A DNA stretch of 32,000 bases, from positions 180,001-212,000 of the forward strand of contig NC_010547.1 in the NCBI RefSeq assembly GCF_000017845.1. Reading direction: 5' to 3'. How positions within the stretch are numbered: the stretch's first letter is position 1; each line of letters opens with the position of its first letter. The translations under genes were made by a program, and so were the position numbers. Source of the DNA: Crocosphaera subtropica ATCC 51142 (GTDB lineage Bacteria; Cyanobacteriota; Cyanobacteriia; Cyanobacteriales; Microcystaceae). Below the pieces are notes generated by a model. The model searched no databases and was not told the origin of the DNA. It worked only from the letters and a program-made list of their open reading frames with translations. Below, piece after piece: positions 7,279 through 15,123 of this stretch.

Positions 7279-7737
7279 ATGAATTCTGTTGATGCTATTT
7301 TTGCGATAAATGACTTACTCAATACAAACAGCTTCGATAAAAAGATTCAGCTATTTTGGGCAGTCTATCCAGAGATTAAAGCGATTATGATAGACGAAGA
7401 CGTAACTATTGAAGAAGGAGATAGCTATAAACTTGAGACCGTATTAGATATAGAATTCACCAGCGATAAAGCCAAGGAAAGGCTTAAAGATCGTATTGGG
7501 TTCAACGATATATTAGTTGATAATCCCAACATCAATGAAAACGAACTCTGGGAGATACTTTTGTTTAGAGAAGAGGGACTTATTCCAGAAACTAGCAAAA
7601 TATTTGAAGGGAATCTCCCTCAAATAGAACGACATCACCTTGGCATCACCTGGGTCAGACCTGAGACAGCAGCAGGTGAAGTCGATGATTTGTTAGAGAA
7701 AGTAAGCCAAGTCTTACAGAAATTCACTAGACAATAA
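7279..7737 (+). CDS. W-x-YPEI family protein
   Basis: MNSVDAIF...IQLFWAVYPEIKAIMIDED...LDIEFTSDKAKERL...LWEILLFREEGLIP...RPETAAGEVDDLLEKVSQVL. Confidence 0.65.
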   Translation: MNSVDAIFAINDLLNTNSFDKKIQLFWAVYPEIKAIMIDEDVTIEEGDSYKLETVLDIEFTSDKAKERLKDRIGFNDILVDNPNINENELWEILLFREEGLIPETSKIFEGNLPQIERHHLGITWVRPETAAGEVDDLLEKVSQVLQKFTRQ

Positions 7738-7747
7738 CAATACTGAT

Positions 7748-7785
7748 AGAAACCACTCCTATAGTCGGTTTCTTTTTTTCTTTTT
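7748..7785 (+). terminator. rho-independent terminator
   Basis: Stem agaaacc/ggtttct followed by a T-rich run abutting the next box. Confidence 0.65.
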
Positions 7786-7793
7786 GCTAGCGC
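7786..7793 (+). promoter_or_regulatory. GCTAGCGC box
   Basis: tGCTAGCGCattttacg; 28 nt to ATG 7822. Confidence 0.5.
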
Positions 7794-7821
7794 ATTTTAC
7801 GTTAAAAATAAGGTAAATAAA

Positions 7822-8301
7822 ATGAAAGCTTCGCATTATCAATTTCTATATTTAGCACCAGCCTATTTAGAACGAATCGGCTACACCAAAAACTTTATGC
7901 CATTTAACGTCAAGCGTCCCCAAGAAGGAAGGATTTACCTAGAATCGCTATTCGATGGGTTTTATTATATTGGATGTAAAGGAATTAATAGGCATAAAGA
8001 TGGTGCATTACTACCTCCTTATGTAAGTTTTTTGGTACTCAGAAATGATGGGTTTATTGCGAAACCCTACCACCGACCTGCTAATAATAGAACGCAGCCA
8101 CCTGGTAGCCTGTTACTGCTAAATATCCATAACTACCACCATGTCATGAAGTTGCCCCAACAAAGCAAAACGTCAACGGGGGATGCTTGGTGGATAAGCC
8201 TAGGGAAAGACTATGATACTAAGCCCAGTAGAGAGAAGATGATAGCTGATTTTGACAATGTCCTTGATAAAATGTCGTTTCTGACTGCTGACGCAGGGTA
8301 G
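7822..8301 (+). CDS. hypothetical protein
   Basis: 159-aa ORF with the box upstream. No family recognised. Confidence 0.6.
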   Translation: MKASHYQFLYLAPAYLERIGYTKNFMPFNVKRPQEGRIYLESLFDGFYYIGCKGINRHKDGALLPPYVSFLVLRNDGFIAKPYHRPANNRTQPPGSLLLLNIHNYHHVMKLPQQSKTSTGDAWWISLGKDYDTKPSREKMIADFDNVLDKMSFLTADAG

Positions 8302-8348
8302 AGCGACGTTAAAATACTTTTGAAAAACCCCTTTTCGTAATCTAGCCA

Positions 8349-8398
8349 ATCCGCAGCACCGGTTATTGTTTATAACAAAAATAGATATTGCTGCGGAT
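8349..8398 (+). repeat. ATCCGCAGCA...TGCTGCGGAT hairpin element, copy 2
   Basis: atccgcagcaCCGGTTATTGTTTATAACAAAAATAGATATtgctgcggat, followed by the conserved tail ATCTCTAAG...GAGACATTTT. Confidence 0.85.
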
Positions 8399-8474
8399 AT
8401 CTCTAAGCTTTATAACATGAAGGATAGAGACATTTTATTGATCGGCTATCTTTGAGTAAAAACCCGATACAATC

Positions 8475-8482
8475 GCTAGCGC
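8475..8482 (+). promoter_or_regulatory. GCTAGCGC box
   Basis: cGCTAGCGCt; 30 nt to ATG 8513. Confidence 0.5.
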
Positions 8483-8512
8483 TGAGTAATATGGATTTTA
8501 TTAGAAAAAGTA

Positions 8513-8878
8513 ATGATTTATACCGCTAGTTATTTCCAACCTGAAAACCACCACGGACAAATTGTCAGCATTTCTCGTAGCGAACCTAAGAAAATTCATT
8601 TCGACGGTAAGCTATGGATGTTTGCCCCTGACAGATCACTTCTAAATGACATTAAATCAGGGAAAATAGACCAAGATGGTTACATCGAGAAATATCGAGA
8701 ACAACTACGCAAAGTATGGCCCAACATAAAAGCTTGGCTTGACCAGCTTGACCCCAATGAAGATGTAACTTTGTGTTGTTGGGAAAAAGCAGGAGATTTC
8801 TGCCATCGAAACTTAGTCATCAAATTTGTTGAGAAATATCGTCCTGATTGTTTAGGGGGAACCGACCTTAAAGCGTAA
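8513..8878 (+). CDS. DUF488-like protein
   Basis: MIYTASYF...VSISRSEP...FAPDRSLLNDIKSGKIDQDGYIEKYREQL...VTLCCWEKAGDFCHRNLV resembles the DUF488 layout (C..E....CHR). Confidence 0.5.
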   Translation: MIYTASYFQPENHHGQIVSISRSEPKKIHFDGKLWMFAPDRSLLNDIKSGKIDQDGYIEKYREQLRKVWPNIKAWLDQLDPNEDVTLCCWEKAGDFCHRNLVIKFVEKYRPDCLGGTDLKA

Positions 8879-8885
8879 AGAAACA

Positions 8886-8916
8886 GCAGCAACCAGAAAA
8901 AAGTTGCTGTTTTTTT
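8886..8916 (+). terminator. rho-independent terminator
   Basis: Stem gcagcaac/gttgctgt followed by a 7-nt T-run. Confidence 0.7.
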
Positions 8917-8951
8917 CTGAGGTCTACAAACCGTAGACGTATGGAGGTTTG

Positions 8952-8959
8952 CCTAGCGG
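8952..8959 (+). promoter_or_regulatory. degenerate box CCTAGCGG
   Basis: gCCTAGCGGc; 35 nt to ATG 8995. Confidence 0.35.
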
Positions 8960-8994
8960 CTCTATCAGAGAACAATGCTTTGAGGACTACACCG

Positions 8995-9204
8995 ATGCTG
9001 ATCAAAGAATATATCGAAAAATACTGCGCTGAGCGTGGACTAAGCGAGCAAACTTCCAACGAAATTATTAAGGATTTGGCTACCGCCGTTAACGGAGAGT
9101 TAGGGGATTTAATGGATAGACCAGTAACTTCTTTGACATTGGGAGATCGAGAAGGACTCAATGCCTTAATAAAGAGACGAATTAGAGAGCATTCGGTGCT
9201 ATAA
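8995..9204 (+). CDS. hypothetical protein
   Basis: ORF-track 8941-9204 trimmed to the in-frame ATG at box-consistent spacing (MLIKEYIEKY...). Confidence 0.45.
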   Translation: MLIKEYIEKYCAERGLSEQTSNEIIKDLATAVNGELGDLMDRPVTSLTLGDREGLNALIKRRIREHSVL

Positions 9205-9266
9205 ACACCGAAAGTAAATGAAGTCTTTAAAATGACTGTAATAGTTACTGGATAAGGGTTTAAGGT

Positions 9267-9316
9267 ATCCGCAGCAACAGCTATTTTTCTTATAAAGAAT
9301 AGATGCTGCTGCGGAT
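9267..9316 (-). repeat. ATCCGCAGCA...TGCTGCGGAT hairpin element, copy 3 (inverted orientation)
   Basis: The core CTATTTTTCTTATAA is the reverse complement of the TTATAAGAAAAATAG core of the other copies. The conserved tail (ACCTTAAAC...CAGTCATTTT) lies on the left flank. Confidence 0.8.
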
Positions 9317-9325
9317 CTAATTTCC

Positions 9326-9333
9326 GCTAGCGC
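9326..9333 (+). promoter_or_regulatory. GCTAGCGC box
   Basis: cGCTAGCGCgggattaagtgacc; 34 nt to ATG 9368. Confidence 0.55.
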
Positions 9334-9367
9334 GGGATTAAGTGACCCAAACTAATCAATAAAAATA

Positions 9368-9562
9368 ATGGCAGTTATTCGTAATCGACCACCAATAAAA
9401 TATTTAGCCGTAGTGGAAGCTGAGGGACAGCAACCAAAAGCCTTAGAATTTTTTACCACGCCAAGTTCTGAGCAGAGTGTACTCAGTGACGTGCAAAGTT
9501 TGCTCAGAGAAGGGATTACGATTAAAAATCTCTCCATCGCTGAAACGGACTTAGAGTTTTAG
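9368..9562 (+). CDS. hypothetical small protein
   Basis: 64-aa ORF flanked by a box and the terminator at 9583-9607. Confidence 0.5.
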   Translation: MAVIRNRPPIKYLAVVEAEGQQPKALEFFTTPSSEQSVLSDVQSLLREGITIKNLSIAETDLEF

Positions 9563-9582
9563 TTGCATCAGAAATTGTTAGT

Positions 9583-9607
9583 AAGAAGCTTAATAGCTTC
9601 TTTTTTT
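9583..9607 (+). terminator. rho-independent terminator
   Basis: Stem aagaagct/agcttctt followed by a T-run abutting the next box. Confidence 0.75.
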
Positions 9608-9615
9608 GCTAGCGC
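9608..9615 (+). promoter_or_regulatory. GCTAGCGC box
   Basis: tGCTAGCGCaacttgc; 42 nt to ATG 9658. Confidence 0.5.
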
Positions 9616-9657
9616 AACTTGCAAAGATAAAACAGAGCTAGAGAAAACCTCACTATT

Positions 9658-10254
9658 ATGTTTAACTGGAAGACCAAACTTCATAACTTAAGGCAAGACC
9701 TTAATCTGCTTTTAGACAAACCACCTATAGACTGTCATTGTTCGAGATGTAGCAATCCTGAAAATACCTTTTTATGCGAAGGATGTGGTCGATACACTTC
9801 ATACTGCAACGGGGGCGACGGGGACGAACTTTGTAATGATTGTTGGTCTGATAGACCACAATCTAATACAGAATGCACGCAAAGAAATGAAGCCAATGAT
9901 GCGGAACCTAAAGGAATTGAACTTGAGTTTATCAACAGAAATCTTGAGATGTCATTTCAGGGAATGGCGACTGAACCTCCTAGTAAGCAATCACTAAAAC
10001 TGGTGTTTATGACAACGCTAATAAAAATGCCTGAGATCGAAAAGTTTGAATCTGTGATAGGAGAAACTCGGACAGATTTAGGGTTGCTTATCACAAAAAT
10101 CACATTCAAGGATGACCAAGCCAGATTTTATTTAGCGAACAAATTAACAGAAAACCCTGAAAAATACGATCTAAATCAATTAGAAAGTTGGCAGGAAATA
10201 ATCGAGGAACATTACCTTAAAGTAATGTCTTGTATAGAAAACAAACAAGAATGA
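9658..10254 (+). CDS. Cys-rich (zinc-finger-like) N-terminus fused to a divergent W-x-YPEI family domain
   Basis: N-terminus CHCSRCSNPENTFLCEGCGRYTSYCNGGDGDELCNDCW. Later LIKMPEIEKFES...ITFKDDQARFYLANKL...SWQEIIEE. Confidence 0.6.
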   Translation: MFNWKTKLHNLRQDLNLLLDKPPIDCHCSRCSNPENTFLCEGCGRYTSYCNGGDGDELCNDCWSDRPQSNTECTQRNEANDAEPKGIELEFINRNLEMSFQGMATEPPSKQSLKLVFMTTLIKMPEIEKFESVIGETRTDLGLLITKITFKDDQARFYLANKLTENPEKYDLNQLESWQEIIEEHYLKVMSCIENKQE

Positions 10255-10261
10255 ACAAAAA

Positions 10262-10290
10262 AAGTAAGGCGCTTTCCTTGCTTTTTTTTG
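10262..10290. terminator. bidirectional terminator between convergent genes
   Basis: The hairpin gtaagg/ccttgc is flanked by an A-run on the left and a T-run on the right. It sits between 9658-10254 (+) and hicB (-). Confidence 0.55.
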
Positions 10291-10311
10291 GTGAACCCCA
10301 TGCGGTATGAA

Positions 10312-10788
10312 TTAGAGCTTTGCCGAGTCACCAGAAGAAATGTCTAGGGAAGTTATTAACTGATAGGATTCAGAAAAAACATTTTGCAAGGCATTGCTAA
10401 TACTCTGGATTTTTGTGGAATAGTCCAAGTCAAGCATTCGTCGAACGATTTTTTCATCGACGTTTAGGCGCTGTGCTAGGTCTACATTAGTCATCCCTTC
10501 GCGCCTCATTGCGATGTAGAGAGAAAGTTTAGCCGCCATTAGCTGTGGAATTACCACGATTTCTTGTGTACTTGACTTTGGAGACGGCTCTGGGATGTCC
10601 CGTCTATCGTCGATGTATCCTCCCAAAGCAGCAATCAGACAATCATAAGCAGTGGCATTAATATCAACACTGGTGTGGGTTGAAGTGAGGGCTTCGGGAA
10701 TATCTGGAAAGGTGATTAAAAATTCACCGTCTTCTTTAGCAATAGTATAAGGAAAAATGAAGTCCACCTGTGTTCTCCTAAAGATCAT
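10312..10788 (-). CDS. hicB: HicB-family antitoxin with C-terminal HTH
   Basis: EDGEFLITFPDIPEALTSTHT...DCLIAALGGYIDDRRDIPEP, then an XRE-like HTH (MTNVDLAQRLNVDEKIVRRML). Overlaps the hicA stop. Confidence 0.8.
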   Translation of the reverse strand: MIFRRTQVDFIFPYTIAKEDGEFLITFPDIPEALTSTHTSVDINATAYDCLIAALGGYIDDRRDIPEPSPKSSTQEIVVIPQLMAAKLSLYIAMRREGMTNVDLAQRLNVDEKIVRRMLDLDYSTKIQSISNALQNVFSESYQLITSLDISSGDSAKL

Positions 10789-10981
10789 CTTTGTTAATTC
10801 CTAGTTGTTGGCACATGGCTCTGAGTAGCCCTTGCCCTAGCTCACCTTTTTTAAGCGTTGTGAACCGCCCATCATAATAAATACGTGAGTGAGATCCTTT
10901 GCCTTGGCGTGTTTCATAAAACTCGACATTATTTTTCTTTGCCAATTTCCTAAGCTTTTTTCTAAATTCTTTGTCATCCAT
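10778..10981 (-). CDS. hicA: HicA-family mRNA interferase toxin
   Basis: Start moved to the ATG preceded by aaggaggaggg. MDDKEFRKKLRKLAKKNNVEFYETRQGKGSHSRIYYDGRFTTL matches the HicA GKGSH signature. Confidence 0.8.
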   Translation of the reverse strand: MDDKEFRKKLRKLAKKNNVEFYETRQGKGSHSRIYYDGRFTTLKKGELGQGLLRAMCQQLGINKDDL

Positions 10982-11138
10982 CCCTCCTCCTTTTACTTTA
11001 ATCATCGGACATTTATGCCCGAAAATCAAGTATTTTGGGTAGGAATCTTTGGACCCAAGCACTGAACCCCAGAGTGTAACTCCACCCCGTATTTTCTTAG
11101 AGTAATCGACCTAGAGTCAAAAAAGAAAGAAATCTGCT

Positions 11139-11146
11139 GCTAGCGC
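11139..11146 (+). promoter_or_regulatory. GCTAGCGC box heading an ORF-less unit
   Basis: aatctgctGCTAGCGCagattcagttgagacc. No ORF lies before the terminator at 11183-11219. Confidence 0.5.
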
Positions 11147-11219
11147 AGATTCAGTTGAGACCAACCCATCTCCATCATGTAAAGGTAATTCTCATATTTG
11201 GGATTACCTTTTTTTTTTT
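11147..11219 (+). ncRNA. candidate small RNA (box to terminator, about 70 nt, non-coding)
   Basis: The only reading frame is ATG-TAA. Ends with hairpin aggtaat/attacct plus an 11-nt T-run. Layout parallels 17276-17346. Confidence 0.3.
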
Positions 11220-11220
11220 A

Positions 11221-11270
11221 ATCCGCAGCAACGTCTATTCTTTATAAGAAATATTGGTGGTGCTGCGGGT
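11221..11270 (+). repeat. hairpin element, copy 4 (right arm TGCTGCGGGT)
   Basis: atccgcagcaACGTCTATTCTTTATAAGAAATATTGGTGGtgctgcgggt, directly after the T-run. Confidence 0.8.
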
Positions 11271-11375
11271 AATACAAACCCCATCAGTATAGGGTTGCAA
11301 GGGGATAGACATCTACAAAACCTCGGAGGGTGGGTATGTCCCACCTTAAGGCAATGCCCTCATCTCTGTTTTACT

Positions 11376-11383
11376 GCTAGCGC
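11376..11383 (+). promoter_or_regulatory. GCTAGCGC box
   Basis: tGCTAGCGCaggacagcatgacg. The leader is unusually long, 139 nt to ATG 11523. Confidence 0.4.
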
Positions 11384-11522
11384 AGGACAGCATGACGTTC
11401 CTACCTAAAGGAGGTAAATCGTGAGACTTTCATTTTTATAAAATATATAAAGTTCTAGTAGTATAAACTATATCGAATATTTTTCGAGGTAGTTATGATG
11501 ATTTTTTGCGAGGAAGAAAACG

Positions 11523-11906
11523 ATGTTTAAAAGATTGGACTGTACACATTGCCTCAACTACAAAATTGTGAGGAGTTTTGAATATATAGAGACTTGTTCT
11601 CACGAACATATAGAGACTTGCTCTTGCAACGAATATGCTTCCTGGTATCCTTCACAATTCAAGCCTTCGAGTAATCCTTCTCTTCTTTACCTAGACTGCA
11701 TAGATTCAATAGAAGCTGCATTAAGGAAAGATTCAGAGCCGAATGTAGATGATGTTACCTGTATAGAAATGCTAAATAACTTAAAAGAAACAAGGTGTTT
11801 ACTAGATACAGATGCAATTGTCAACGAATTACACAACAAAGTTTCATTCGGATATTATTCTGATTACATGAAACATTTTGTCTCTGAATTACGCAGAAAT
11901 GCTTAG
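11523..11906 (+). CDS. hypothetical Cys/His-rich protein
   Basis: 127-aa ORF containing the internal near-duplicate ATATAGAGACTTG(T/C)TCT twice (YIETCSHEHIETCSC). Confidence 0.45.
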   Translation: MFKRLDCTHCLNYKIVRSFEYIETCSHEHIETCSCNEYASWYPSQFKPSSNPSLLYLDCIDSIEAALRKDSEPNVDDVTCIEMLNNLKETRCLLDTDAIVNELHNKVSFGYYSDYMKHFVSELRRNA

Positions 11907-11961
11907 AACAAGTTTCAATACCAGTTGATTTACCCGAAAAGAAATTTTTATCTTCGATGAG

Positions 11962-13581
11962 TTGACGGGGTGACAAGAATTGGGAAAAGCGGATCAAATC
12001 AAGGTTTCAGAATCTGAGTTGACTAAAAAATCAACCTATTTAATAAGTGGTGATGATTATTAAGCAGTTTATGATAACCCAAGTTGATATAATGAAGATG
12101 AAAATGATCACGATTATTTCTATTAGTTTAGAATTTCAAAAATTGGACATAACAAATTAATCAATCAGTCTTGATTCATCACTTCTATTAGTATATAATT
12201 GAAAGAGAAACTAAAAGATTAACTAATGGCAATTAAAGCTTTTAATCCTCGTTTATATTCATTTATTTTATGCCAGTTTAATTTCATCAATTCTTCGGTA
12301 ATAAATGAACAAAAATCCCAGGCTAAAATCCAGCTTTGACCATATAGCCCTACCCAAAAGTCACTATGTCTTCTTACTTGTCTTTTCGGATCAGTTAACC
12401 TAGAAATATACTTTTGATATCCTTGATTTTTGATTGACTTACCTTTTAAAGCTGATGTTGTATAAGCGATCGCTATTAATAAAATAAGGTTAGTTAGCCT
12501 AGTAATACTAGCTTTGCTCCCTTCGAGATTGTAACCTCCACTCTTATAATCTCTAAACATTGCTTCAATTCCTCCTCTCATTTTATAGTATTTAATAACT
12601 TCACTAGCATCGTCTAAATTGGTTATAATAAACCAAGGTTCTTCTTCGGTATGGTTCTTATATTTCCTTTTTTGATAAGCTAATACATTAAATCGACCAA
12701 ATCCTTTCTGCTTCGTGACAAAAATGTTTTTCTCAAAGACTTTTATTCCTGGGATCAGGTTTAAATCTTGAAAGCGTTTTTGATTATTCTTACTCCTTCT
12801 AATATAAACATCTTTCCGTTCTCTGAAAGCGAAATAAATAGGATTTTTAGCCGTTCGGTTTCGTTTCTTTAGCCAATAAGATAATTCTACCCCATGAAAT
12901 TCCCTATCCCCTAAAACGACTAGCTCATAGTGAGAAAATAATCTCAAGACTGGTCGAATTAAAGCTATTTGTTCTTTAACGTTGCTACTGCCTTTTTTCT
13001 CTAATAAGACCCAGTAGATAGGTAGCGATCGCTTTCTCCAAACAACACTAATCATGAACACATTTTTATCTTTCCATTGCGTTCTATCCAAAACTAAAGT
13101 TAATCGACTTCCTGGTTTAAACTCCCGTTCTACTATTAATTTTATCAGAGGAAACCAAAATAAAACAAGGCTTAAGCACGGTTCGACTAGAAATCTTTGA
13201 ATCTTTTTTCTCCGACTTTCGTATAGAATAGGTATAGGAAGATAAGCTGCTAACCTTTCTATTCTCACCTGTTTATGAACTTGTAAGAGCCATACTAATA
13301 TATGTAAAAGTAAAAACTTACTTTTTGATAGTGCGCTCTGTAAATAGTCTTGATAGAAAGGTAAAAAATCCATAGATAATGATAAAAGATTATGACGGAG
13401 AATAAGCCTTTTTATCATTTTGAGGGGTATAATTGCTGTTCGTTTCTAACAATTAGACATTTTCTCGTCTAGATAGACTATTTGTACTGTTTTACTTTGG
13501 GGCTAAATCTATTTTTTTAGGTAATCGCTGATCTCTAAATCCCTCACAGTGAGCCTTCTCAAGCTCTTGTCACCCCGTCAA
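11962..13581 (-). mobile_element. IS4-family insertion sequence, apparently intact, with 9-bp target site duplication
   Basis: Terminal inverted repeats are TTGACGGGGTGACAAGA (11962-11978) and its complement ending at 13581. Direct repeat TTCGATGAG is at 11953-11961 and 13582-13590. A single transposase ORF lies inside. Confidence 0.88.
12219..13418 (-). CDS. IS4-family DDE transposase
   Basis: 399 aa. D in LVLDRTQW, D in VVLGDREFHG, and the Y-x2-R-x3-E-x6-K signature in YKMRGGIEAMFRDYK. Confidence 0.9.
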   Translation of the reverse strand: MIKRLILRHNLLSLSMDFLPFYQDYLQSALSKSKFLLLHILVWLLQVHKQVRIERLAAYLPIPILYESRRKKIQRFLVEPCLSLVLFWFPLIKLIVEREFKPGSRLTLVLDRTQWKDKNVFMISVVWRKRSLPIYWVLLEKKGSSNVKEQIALIRPVLRLFSHYELVVLGDREFHGVELSYWLKKRNRTAKNPIYFAFRERKDVYIRRSKNNQKRFQDLNLIPGIKVFEKNIFVTKQKGFGRFNVLAYQKRKYKNHTEEEPWFIITNLDDASEVIKYYKMRGGIEAMFRDYKSGGYNLEGSKASITRLTNLILLIAIAYTTSALKGKSIKNQGYQKYISRLTDPKRQVRRHSDFWVGLYGQSWILAWDFCSFITEELMKLNWHKINEYKRGLKALIAIS

Positions 13582-13625
13582 TTCGATGAGTCAATGTGCC
13601 GAAATATTCAACACACATATTGACT

Positions 13626-13657
13626 AGGTGACTCCTGGAGTTACCTTTTCTTTTTTT
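13626..13657 (+). terminator. rho-independent terminator (separated from its cassette by the IS)
   Basis: Stem aggtgactc/gagttacct followed by a T-rich run. Confidence 0.6.
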
Positions 13658-13658
13658 A

Positions 13659-13708
13659 GTCCGCAGCAGTAGCTGTTTTCTATAAGAATTATCGACGTTG
13701 CTGCGGAT
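13659..13708 (+). repeat. hairpin element, copy 5 (left arm GTCCGCAGCA)
   Basis: gtccgcagcaGTAGCTGTTTTCTATAAGAATTATCGACGTtgctgcggat. The left half is identical to copy 7. Confidence 0.8.
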
Positions 13709-13841
13709 GCCTCAAAGCCTGATATAGTCAAGGATTAAGTCTTGTCTAACATTACAGTATCTTAGCCGAAGGGGCAGGGAAGATAGGTATCGCTGCAAGT
13801 TCGCTGCCTAATTGCTATCTACAACTGTAGAACCTCTAAAC

Positions 13842-14375
13842 TCAACGAAAAGTTAAAGTATAAGTAGAGAATTGCTCACCTAGATCTTCTTCAAAGAAAT
13901 ATTCAGTGTAATATTCACCGTAAGGTGATGCACTGTTCGGACGCATAGCACAATTACAAATTTCAACAGGAATATCCCCACCCCAATACTTACCTTGATC
14001 ATTCTCAGCATAAAAAAGAATGTAACGGTTTTCAGTGGCGGCTACAGGAACAACAGATCTTGAAGGCACTTCAATCCATCCTTCAGTTGTCCAGCCATAA
14101 TCCCCCAAGTAATGAACAACTACCCAAAGCGGTTCGTTGGTGTTATTTCTAACCCAAACCTCATTAAATTCAGGATAGCGCTCTCGGTAGGTGGATGTTG
14201 AGGATCTACCTAAATTTTCCTCAAGGGTTGCTCTTATTCGCAACATTCTCACAAAAGTGGGAATCACCCTGACCGCGGCTCGATAAGGATTAGCATAAAC
14301 TGGCAGAGCTGAACTAGCCAGAAGGAAAAGCATTCCAAAAAGTGTCACACAACGAGCTATTAATCGAGTTCTCAC
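13842..14375 (-). CDS. secreted protein of unknown function (possibly DUF1036-like)
   Basis: Signal peptide MRTRLIARCVTLFGMLFLLASSALPVYA. The mature part has the WVVVHYLGDYGWTTEGWIEVP pattern. Confidence 0.55.
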   Translation of the reverse strand: MRTRLIARCVTLFGMLFLLASSALPVYANPYRAAVRVIPTFVRMLRIRATLEENLGRSSTSTYRERYPEFNEVWVRNNTNEPLWVVVHYLGDYGWTTEGWIEVPSRSVVPVAATENRYILFYAENDQGKYWGGDIPVEICNCAMRPNSASPYGEYYTEYFFEEDLGEQFSTYTLTFR

Positions 14376-14542
14376 CTTTTTATCCTCTTTCTAGAGGTTT
14401 TCTAGACTCTACCTTTACGATAACGTGAGCGCCCAACGAATTTGGATTCGTTATGTCTGAAAGAAACAGGGCAGAAAATTCTAGCTCAATACAGAAATTC
14501 TGGAGACAAGCCCTAGCTGCCGAGAAGTTAGCATTAGCAACC

Positions 14543-14806
14543 TTAAACATCTTGTATGGCTTTTTCAATTGATTCCCGAATAAACTTTTGATAGCCGATT
14601 CCGCGCTCACCAGAAGCTTTCTTGACTGCCTCGAGTAAGTCTTTTGAGAGCCTTAAGCTGATGGTTGCATCTTTGGGAGCAAACTCAAAAGTAGTCGGTG
14701 TAAAGTTTTTCTGGAAATTCTCTGGAGTGAGATACTCTGTTAAGTCTTCTGCAAGCAACTTTTCGACATCTTGGTCATTGGTCATTTTGGGGAGAGATTT
14801 GCTCAT
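14543..14806 (-). CDS. brnA: BrnA-like antitoxin
   Basis: Overlaps the 3' end of the upstream brnT. C-terminus ISLRLSKDLLEAVKKASGERGIGYQKFIRESIEKA is RHH/BrnA-like. Confidence 0.7.
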   Translation of the reverse strand: MSKSLPKMTNDQDVEKLLAEDLTEYLTPENFQKNFTPTTFEFAPKDATISLRLSKDLLEAVKKASGERGIGYQKFIRESIEKAIQDV

Positions 14807-15074
14807 ATTGTTGTGCCTCCTTCTCGTGCATATAACGAGCTGATATTGGGCGAATAAGATTGTTGCGTAGGGTAAAAGCTACAAACAAGGGTCTCCCAGA
14901 TGGCAATCGACCTACTGCCAAGAATCGGTCTTCGTCTTGGGAGTGTTTGATATCGGGAGCTACATATATCTGTGTCTGAAAGAATCCCTCTATCTCCTCT
15001 AGGGTAACACCGTGCTTCTGGCACTTGGTCTCATTTCCTTCCTCCCAATCAAACCCTTCAACAGCAATGCTCAT
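14775..15074 (-). CDS. brnT: BrnT-family (DUF497) toxin
   Basis: FDWEEGNETKCQKHGVTLEEIEGFF...LFVAFTLRNNLIRPISARYMHEKEAQQYE. Confidence 0.8.
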   Translation of the reverse strand: MSIAVEGFDWEEGNETKCQKHGVTLEEIEGFFQTQIYVAPDIKHSQDEDRFLAVGRLPSGRPLFVAFTLRNNLIRPISARYMHEKEAQQYEQISPQNDQ

Positions 15075-15123
15075 AGTATAATACTATCAAATTGTATATA
15101 CAAACGTCAATACAAAAGAGATT

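Noticed and set aside
11384-11522. Mini-ORFs in the long leader of 11523-11906: GTG-initiated 6 codons after a perfect AAGGAGG, and MMIFCEEENDV overlapping the ATG
   Set aside because: They are too short to support from sequence alone. They could be leader peptides, but I cannot distinguish that from chance in AT-rich DNA.
14380-14610. 76-aa minus-strand ORF downstream of brnA. The ORFs at 14622-14843 (+) and 14803-15024 (-) were rejected as well.
   Set aside because: The first overlaps the brnA 3' end. The others are alternative-frame or antisense shadows of the BrnT/BrnA genes. None has a recognisable feature.
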